From assembly GCF_020832205.1 (NCBI RefSeq), contig NZ_JAFIFD010000026.1, forward strand, positions 7,269 to 71,268: DNA of 64,000 bases, read 5' to 3'. Both the position numbers and the translations under genes were made by a program. Positions 59,515 to 64,000 of the stretch are shown one piece after another. The first letter of the stretch is position 1. Each line of letters opens with the position of its first letter. Under the pieces are notes generated by a model. That model made no database searches and had not been told where the DNA came from. It worked only from the letters and a program-made list of their open reading frames with translations. This DNA comes from Exiguobacterium sp. GTDB lineage: Bacteria > Bacillota > Bacilli > Exiguobacteriales > Exiguobacteriaceae.

Positions 59515-59688
59515 ATGAAAAGCATAGTAAAATATATGGTCGTGATCGTCTTGGCCATCGCGCTCTTATACGGCTACAATACGTTTGTTCCGAAAAATCT
59601 CCTGACATTTATCATCGGCCTCCCGATTTATGTTGGAATCCTTCTTTGGGTCGTGAGTCTCTTTGAGAAGAGGCAGAGTGTGTCTTAA
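59515..59688 (+). CDS. possible small membrane protein, 57 aa
   Basis: Own translation: MKSIVKYMVVIVLAIALLYGYNTFVPKNLLTFIIGLPIYVGILLWVVSLFEKRQSVS (two TM). It starts 5 nt after the upstream stop. The RBS is weak (GAGAG). Confidence 0.4.
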   Translation: MKSIVKYMVVIVLAIALLYGYNTFVPKNLLTFIIGLPIYVGILLWVVSLFEKRQSVS

Positions 59689-59807
59689 TTCTGACAGGGA
59701 GAGAAGTGTTTTTAGAGAATGTTTAGGAATACCTGAGACAAGAGACGAAGTATGCAATAAAGCGAGCTGTAACGCAAAAGACGACTTCCACTAGGAAAGT
59801 CGTCATC

Positions 59808-60095
59808 ATGTGTCACTTGATTAAAGGGGAACGCCGGACGAGCGAGTTGAAGAAGCTCATGCCGAATATCACACAGAAAATGCTCACGCAACAGTTGCGT
59901 GAGCTCGAGGCGGACGGGGTCATCATCCGCACCGTCTATGAACAAGTCCCGCCAAAAGTCGTCTATTCACTTTCCGACTATGGCTGGTCGTTGCAACCGA
60001 TCCTTGACGCGATGTGCGCATGGGGGGGAGGGGCATATCGAACAGACGGGAGAAGAAGTGATTTCTTAAAGAAACGAAAAGACAGCACTTCTTGA
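59808..60095 (+). CDS. HxlR-family (MarR-like) regulator, N-terminally truncated/degenerate
   Basis: RRTSELKKLMPNITQKMLTQQLRELEADGVIIRTVYEQVPPKVVYSLSDYGWSLQPILDAMCAWG is the HxlR core. The GKWK helix region upstream is in frame but has no start codon and is degenerate. The 3' end runs into the terminator stem. Confidence 0.6.
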   Translation: MCHLIKGERRTSELKKLMPNITQKMLTQQLRELEADGVIIRTVYEQVPPKVVYSLSDYGWSLQPILDAMCAWGGGAYRTDGRRSDFLKKRKDSTS

Positions 60096-60119
60096 GCCAA
60101 CAAGAAGTGCTGTCTTTTT
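60077..60119. terminator. bidirectional rho-independent terminator
   Basis: AAAAGACAGCACTTCTT/AAGAAGTGCTGTCTTTT 17-bp stem between convergent genes. Confidence 0.85.
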
Positions 60120-60124
60120 CATTG

Positions 60125-61540
60125 TTAAGAGGCGGATACATCTTTTGAGGCAGTCGAATGTTTACTCCATAGCGTCTCCATCTCTTCGAGCGTCTTACCT
60201 TTCGTCTCGGGAACGAGTTTCCAAACGAACAAGGCAGACAGAACGCTCATCACGCCATAAAAACCATATGTCATCGTGCCGCTAAATTCCATCATCATCG
60301 GGTACGTCGATGAGATGAAGTAGTTGGCTGTCCATTGGGCAGCGACAGCGATGGCGACGGCTTGTCCGCGGATTTTGTTCGGGAAGATTTCTGAGATGAG
60401 CACCCAACAAATCGGTCCCCACGACATCATGAACGAAGCCGTGTAGATGACGATAAAGATCAATGTGCCGATTCCGATCGTATTCGTGTAGGCCATAGAG
60501 GCGACACCGAACATCCCGATTGCCATTCCGACCGAACCGATGATAAGGAGCGGCTTCCGGCCGACTTTATCGACGAAGAGGATGGCGATAATCGTGAAGA
60601 CGACGTTGACGAGTCCCATGACGACGGTCTGCATCATCGAGGCGTCTTTGGCGGCGCCCATGCTCTCAAAGATCCGCGGTGCATAGTACAAGGCGACGTT
60701 TATGCCGACGAACTGTTGAAACACGGAGAGCAGGATTCCGATTGTGATAACGAGCTTGCCGTAAGTAAACAACTTGGCCGAGGAATGACTGACAGACGAT
60801 TTGATCTCTTGCATGATCGCTTCGGCCCGTTCTTTTCCGTTGATGCGGCTAAGGATGTGGAGCGCTTTGTCTTCCTCTCCTTGAAGCGCCAAGTATCGAG
60901 GCGTCTCTGGTACGATCAGCAAGAGAGACCCGAAAAGAAGGGCGGGAATGGCTTCTGAGGCGAACATATACCGCCAGCCGATGTCATCAATCCAAGCAGC
61001 CGTTTGTCCGCTCGTGATGGACCAGTTGACGAAGTAGACGACGAGCATCCCAAGAATGATTGCGAATTGGTTCAACGACACGAGACGTCCGCGGATTGCG
61101 GCAGGTGCGACTTCACTAATGTACATCGGGGTGATGGCTGAAGCGAGGCCGACCCCGATTCCTCCGATGATGCGATATAAGTTGAACGTTAACAAGAGGG
61201 CAATCGTCGGATCACCTTTCGTAAAGAAGAGTACTTCCGGGTAGGCGGAACCGAGTGCCGAAAAGAAGAAGAGCGTGGCCGCAAAAATCAACGATTTTTT
61301 ACGACCGAATCGACTGGCGAATATCCCGGAGATGACCCCTCCGATGATACAGCCGATCAATGCCGAGGAAGTGGTGGCCCCGTGGACGAGCGAGCTCAAG
61401 TCCAGTCCTTCGATGAAATACTTTTCGAGTGATTTTTCTGCGCCTGAGATGACGGCAGTATCATAACCGAACAATAGACCGCCCAACGTTGCGACGAGCG
61501 TGATGGTCATGAGGTAGAGCGTGTTTTGATTTTGTTTCAT
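60125..61540 (-). CDS. sugar porter family MFS transporter (pentose/hexose:H+ symporter, XylT/AraE-like)
   Basis: GGLLFGYDTAVISGA, GRKKSL and PETKGKTLEEME motifs. 12 TM. AAGGAGGG RBS; the start is the ATG at 61540 or the GTG at 61543. Confidence 0.88.
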   Translation of the reverse strand: MKQNQNTLYLMTITLVATLGGLLFGYDTAVISGAEKSLEKYFIEGLDLSSLVHGATTSSALIGCIIGGVISGIFASRFGRKKSLIFAATLFFFSALGSAYPEVLFFTKGDPTIALLLTFNLYRIIGGIGVGLASAITPMYISEVAPAAIRGRLVSLNQFAIILGMLVVYFVNWSITSGQTAAWIDDIGWRYMFASEAIPALLFGSLLLIVPETPRYLALQGEEDKALHILSRINGKERAEAIMQEIKSSVSHSSAKLFTYGKLVITIGILLSVFQQFVGINVALYYAPRIFESMGAAKDASMMQTVVMGLVNVVFTIIAILFVDKVGRKPLLIIGSVGMAIGMFGVASMAYTNTIGIGTLIFIVIYTASFMMSWGPICWVLISEIFPNKIRGQAVAIAVAAQWTANYFISSTYPMMMEFSGTMTYGFYGVMSVLSALFVWKLVPETKGKTLEEMETLWSKHSTASKDVSAS

Positions 61541-61562
61541 CACGTAATGCCCTCCTTAAAGT

Positions 61563-61576
61563 TGATAACGCTTACA
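61563..61576. promoter_or_regulatory. cre (CcpA-binding catabolite responsive element)
   Basis: TGATAACGCTTACA fits TGWNANCGNTNWCA at every position. It lies in the 5' leader of the sugar porter gene. Confidence 0.65.
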
Positions 61577-61595
61577 ATTCAAATTTAAAAAATAA

Positions 61596-61622
61596 GTTAG
61601 TTTGTTTGACGGATAAACTAAC
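61596..61622. promoter_or_regulatory. xyl operator-like inverted repeat (XylR binding site)
   Basis: GTTAGTTTGT-N7-ATAAACTAAC. The arms match the B. subtilis xylO type TTAGTTTGTTT..AAACAAACTAA. It sits just downstream of the predicted -10 box. Confidence 0.65.
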
Positions 61623-61629
61623 TATACTT

Positions 61630-61658
61630 ATCATACAAAATAGAACTCGAATTCTCAA
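61630..61658 (-). promoter_or_regulatory. sigmaA-type promoter of the sugar porter gene
   Basis: On the minus strand: TTGAGA, 17-nt spacer, TATGAT. Confidence 0.5.
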
Positions 61659-61764
61659 CTATATTTTTTCAGTTTTTGTATAATAGAAGTAGAGAATATG
61701 GGGAAGCGTATCGAAGCGATGCGCGCAATGTAAAATTAGTTCGTATAAAGGGGAGACAAAGTCA

Positions 61765-62922
61765 TTGGTGAAACGAGACATAACCGCTGATCAGCAGCTG
61801 GTGAAGAAAATGAACAAGACGGTGTTGCTAAATGAAATCATTCGAAGCTATCCGATCTCACGAGCAAAACTTTCAGAAGTGACGGGGTTGAATAAATCGA
61901 CCGTCTCGGCTCAAATAGGCGTGTTACTGGACGAAGAGCTCATCTTCGAGATCGGACAGGGCCATTCCAGCGGAGGGCGACGTCCGGTCATGCTCGTGTT
62001 CAACCAACAGGCCGGATTCACGATCGGGGTCGATTTAGGAGTGAAAGCCATCAACGCCGTCTTGACCGATTTGAAAGGCAACGTCATCGAGTCACTGACT
62101 ACCGAGTGGGCAGAAACGGACGAAGACGCGGAACCGAAAGTACGGGAGGCCATCGATGCCTTGCTTGCGAACATGCCTTCTTCTCCGTACGGGTTGATCG
62201 GGATCGGCGTTTCTGTGCCGGGACTCATCAATCGAGAGCAAGAAGTCGTGTTCGTCCCAAACCTTCGCCCGGACGTGACGGGCTTGAAGCATGCGTTAGA
62301 GAACGGTTACGACGTGCCTGTCAATCTAGAGAACGAGGCCAACGCGGGCGCATACGGCGAGCGGCGGTTTGGGGCAGGGAAAGATCACGAAGAGATGATC
62401 TTCGTCAGCTTAGGGACAGGCGTCGGGACCGGCATCATCTTGCACGGCGAACTGTATCGAGGCGAGGAAGGGTTCGCCGGCGAGTTTGGGCACATGTCGA
62501 TCGAGTATAACGGACCTAAGTGCACGTGCGGAAACCGCGGTTGCTGGGAATTGTACGCCTCTGAGAAAGTGTTATGGGACAAGTACTTGCCGGGTCATAC
62601 GGTCGACACGTTACAGCAAAGCTTGCAAGCGAACGAGGCGTCCGTGTTGAACGAACTGCAAAAGTGGTGCTTCTACGTCGGAGTCGGATTGAACACGGTG
62701 TTGAACGTCTACAACCCGAAAGTGATCATCATTCAAAGTCGCGTCATCGAATCGCACCCGATGGTGTTGAACATGATTCGAACCGCGATCTCATCGCGTG
62801 TCTATACGCAAGCCGATCACGCCTTCGAGCTCGTTCCGTCAAAGCTGAGCGACCACGCTTCGGCTATCGGGATGGCATCCCTTGCCATCGAGCAGTTTTT
62901 ACAGCGCCGGATGATGCAATGA
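61765..62922 (+). CDS. xylR: ROK-family transcriptional repressor (XylR-like)
   Basis: N-terminal winged HTH (ISRAKLSEVTGLNKSTVSAQI). ROK sugar-kinase fold with zinc motif CTCGNRGCWE. Divergent from the sugar porter with a xylO-like operator between them. Confidence 0.82.
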   Translation: MVKRDITADQQLVKKMNKTVLLNEIIRSYPISRAKLSEVTGLNKSTVSAQIGVLLDEELIFEIGQGHSSGGRRPVMLVFNQQAGFTIGVDLGVKAINAVLTDLKGNVIESLTTEWAETDEDAEPKVREAIDALLANMPSSPYGLIGIGVSVPGLINREQEVVFVPNLRPDVTGLKHALENGYDVPVNLENEANAGAYGERRFGAGKDHEEMIFVSLGTGVGTGIILHGELYRGEEGFAGEFGHMSIEYNGPKCTCGNRGCWELYASEKVLWDKYLPGHTVDTLQQSLQANEASVLNELQKWCFYVGVGLNTVLNVYNPKVIIIQSRVIESHPMVLNMIRTAISSRVYTQADHAFELVPSKLSDHASAIGMASLAIEQFLQRRMMQ

Positions 62923-62926
62923 CAAG

Positions 62927-62960
62927 AAGCCCGTCACCTTCAGGTGGCGGGCTTTTCTTT
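62927..62960. terminator. bidirectional rho-independent terminator
   Basis: AGCCCGTCACC/GGTGGCGGGCT stem followed by TTTTC, between convergent genes. Confidence 0.8.
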
Positions 62961-63945
62961 ATGACGTGAACGTCCACGTCGTCTCGGTCCGGTACGTCTC
63001 CCCGGGGCGCAAGATGACGTCACGGTCGATCAAGTTCGGGGCTTTCTGCGTCTCTAGGCAAAGACCGGTCCGTTTCTGACCGTCTGGAAGCATATTGCCG
63101 GAGTAGAACACGACGCAAGGATCCGTCGTCTGAACGGACAGCGTGCGCCCGGAAGAATGGCGGAGCTGAATCTGAGGGCCGTCCGTTCGCTCGAGGCGGA
63201 ACGGGTGGTCGAAACCGCCGGCGATATGGAGCTGCTCGTCGTCAGAAGCGAGACCGTCCCCGATGCGTTTTGATTGTCTGAAATCAAAGGCGGGAGAATC
63301 CGTCACTCGTTGCACGTGATCGGGGATGAGCGTCTCGTCGAGTGCATAAAATGCGTCACTTGCGACACGGAGCGTATGGTCGTGAATTGGCGCGGCCGTC
63401 CCCGACAAATTGAAATACGTATGATTTGTCATGTTCATGACGGTTGCCGTGTCGGTTGTCGCCTCGTGGCGGATCGTCACGGCGCAAGGGCGAATCGTGT
63501 AAGTGACTGCGACGTTCACATGCCCCGGGTAACCGTGATGGCCATCCGGGAACGCCCGTTCAAACCGGATCGTCACGTATTCGGCGGACCGATCGACCGT
63601 AGGGGTCCAGACGGCTTTATGAAAGTCATCACCATGCAAGTGGTGTGGCCCGTCGTTCGCCGGCAAATAAACCGTCTGGTCATCGAGCGTGAACTGCGCT
63701 CGTTCAATCCTTCCGGCGGAGCGACCGACGACGCAGCCGAGGTAATAGTGATGACTCGTATAATCTTCGAGCGTGTCGAGCGCCAATACGACGTTGTTGA
63801 CGTCACCGGCACTGTCAGGCGCACCGATCTCCGTGATCGTGCACCCATAATCGATACAAGAAAACGTGAAGGAATCCGCCACGACCCGATGGCGAAGGAC
63901 GGGCACGCCATCGATCGTCCCGTAAAGGTCTGATTGATAGTCCAT
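62959..63945 (-). CDS. galM: aldose 1-epimerase (mutarotase)
   Basis: GAPDSAGDVNNVVLAL, VGRSAGRI, LPANDGPHHLHGD, NMTNHTYFNL and GLCLETQ are typical aldose-epimerase segments. The start is the ATG at 63945; the frame stays open to the window edge. Confidence 0.85.
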   Translation of the reverse strand: MDYQSDLYGTIDGVPVLRHRVVADSFTFSCIDYGCTITEIGAPDSAGDVNNVVLALDTLEDYTSHHYYLGCVVGRSAGRIERAQFTLDDQTVYLPANDGPHHLHGDDFHKAVWTPTVDRSAEYVTIRFERAFPDGHHGYPGHVNVAVTYTIRPCAVTIRHEATTDTATVMNMTNHTYFNLSGTAAPIHDHTLRVASDAFYALDETLIPDHVQRVTDSPAFDFRQSKRIGDGLASDDEQLHIAGGFDHPFRLERTDGPQIQLRHSSGRTLSVQTTDPCVVFYSGNMLPDGQKRTGLCLETQKAPNLIDRDVILRPGETYRTETTWTFTS

Positions 63946-63953
63946 GGCCGCGC

Positions 63954-64000
63954 TCACTTCCGTCGGAACGCCGACAAGCCGCTTGATAGCTGCTGTGTTG
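63954..64000 (-). CDS. 3' end of an upstream minus-strand gene (product unknown)
   Basis: The frame reads ...TQQLSSGLSAFRRK* with its stop at 63954-63956, 8 nt before the galM ATG. It is too short to identify; its position in a xyl-type operon suggests a sugar catabolic gene. Confidence 0.3.
   Translation of the reverse strand, partial: TQQLSSGLSAFRRK

Overview
This window is chromosomal DNA from a Bacillales-type Firmicute. The evidence is strong GGAGG ribosome-binding sites, the gene order gatCAB-dagK-rlmD, and ribD-ribE-ribBA-ribH behind an FMN riboswitch. The backbone looks relatively GC-rich by eye (GC was not computed). Exiguobacterium-like is only a guess. I call about 60 protein genes, no rRNA or tRNA, no CRISPR and no transposase. 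The left part (1-39 kb) is mostly housekeeping: pullulanase, bacterial NO synthase, two DegV proteins, thioredoxin-like protein, MacB-type ABC exporter, UppP, the riboflavin operon, P5C dehydrogenase, Bcp, alanine:cation symporter, an MCP, gatCAB, dagK and rlmD. It also carries many c-di-GMP genes: three GGDEF, one EAL with a PilZ-like tail, and one REC-HD-GYP with a soluble GAF hybrid kinase on a visibly AT-richer segment. The right part (39-62 kb) is a mosaic of lower-GC accessory genes:
- an orphan VbhA antitoxin next to an eroded Fic toxin
- a TetR/membrane-protein pair and a Dus enzyme
- a Bce-like two-component/ABC module
- an ECF-type sigma/anti-sigma pair followed by a run of uncharacterised genes (QW-motif protein, SIMPL, membrane protein, SWIM zinc-finger protein, flavodoxin)
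- an M14 peptidase, a hydrolase, a CBS protein and a truncated HxlR regulator
- a xylose-type locus (sugar porter, XylR, mutarotase) with operator and cre sites.
The most interesting items are two paralogous 56-aa membrane ORFs below the ORF-track cutoff, the uncharacterised sigma-linked cluster, the NOS/EAL-PilZ-like neighbourhood, a protein made only of homing-endonuclease-associated repeats beside an AT-rich island with an orphan terminator, and the decayed Fic/VbhA module. All family assignments come from motif recognition by eye, with no database search.
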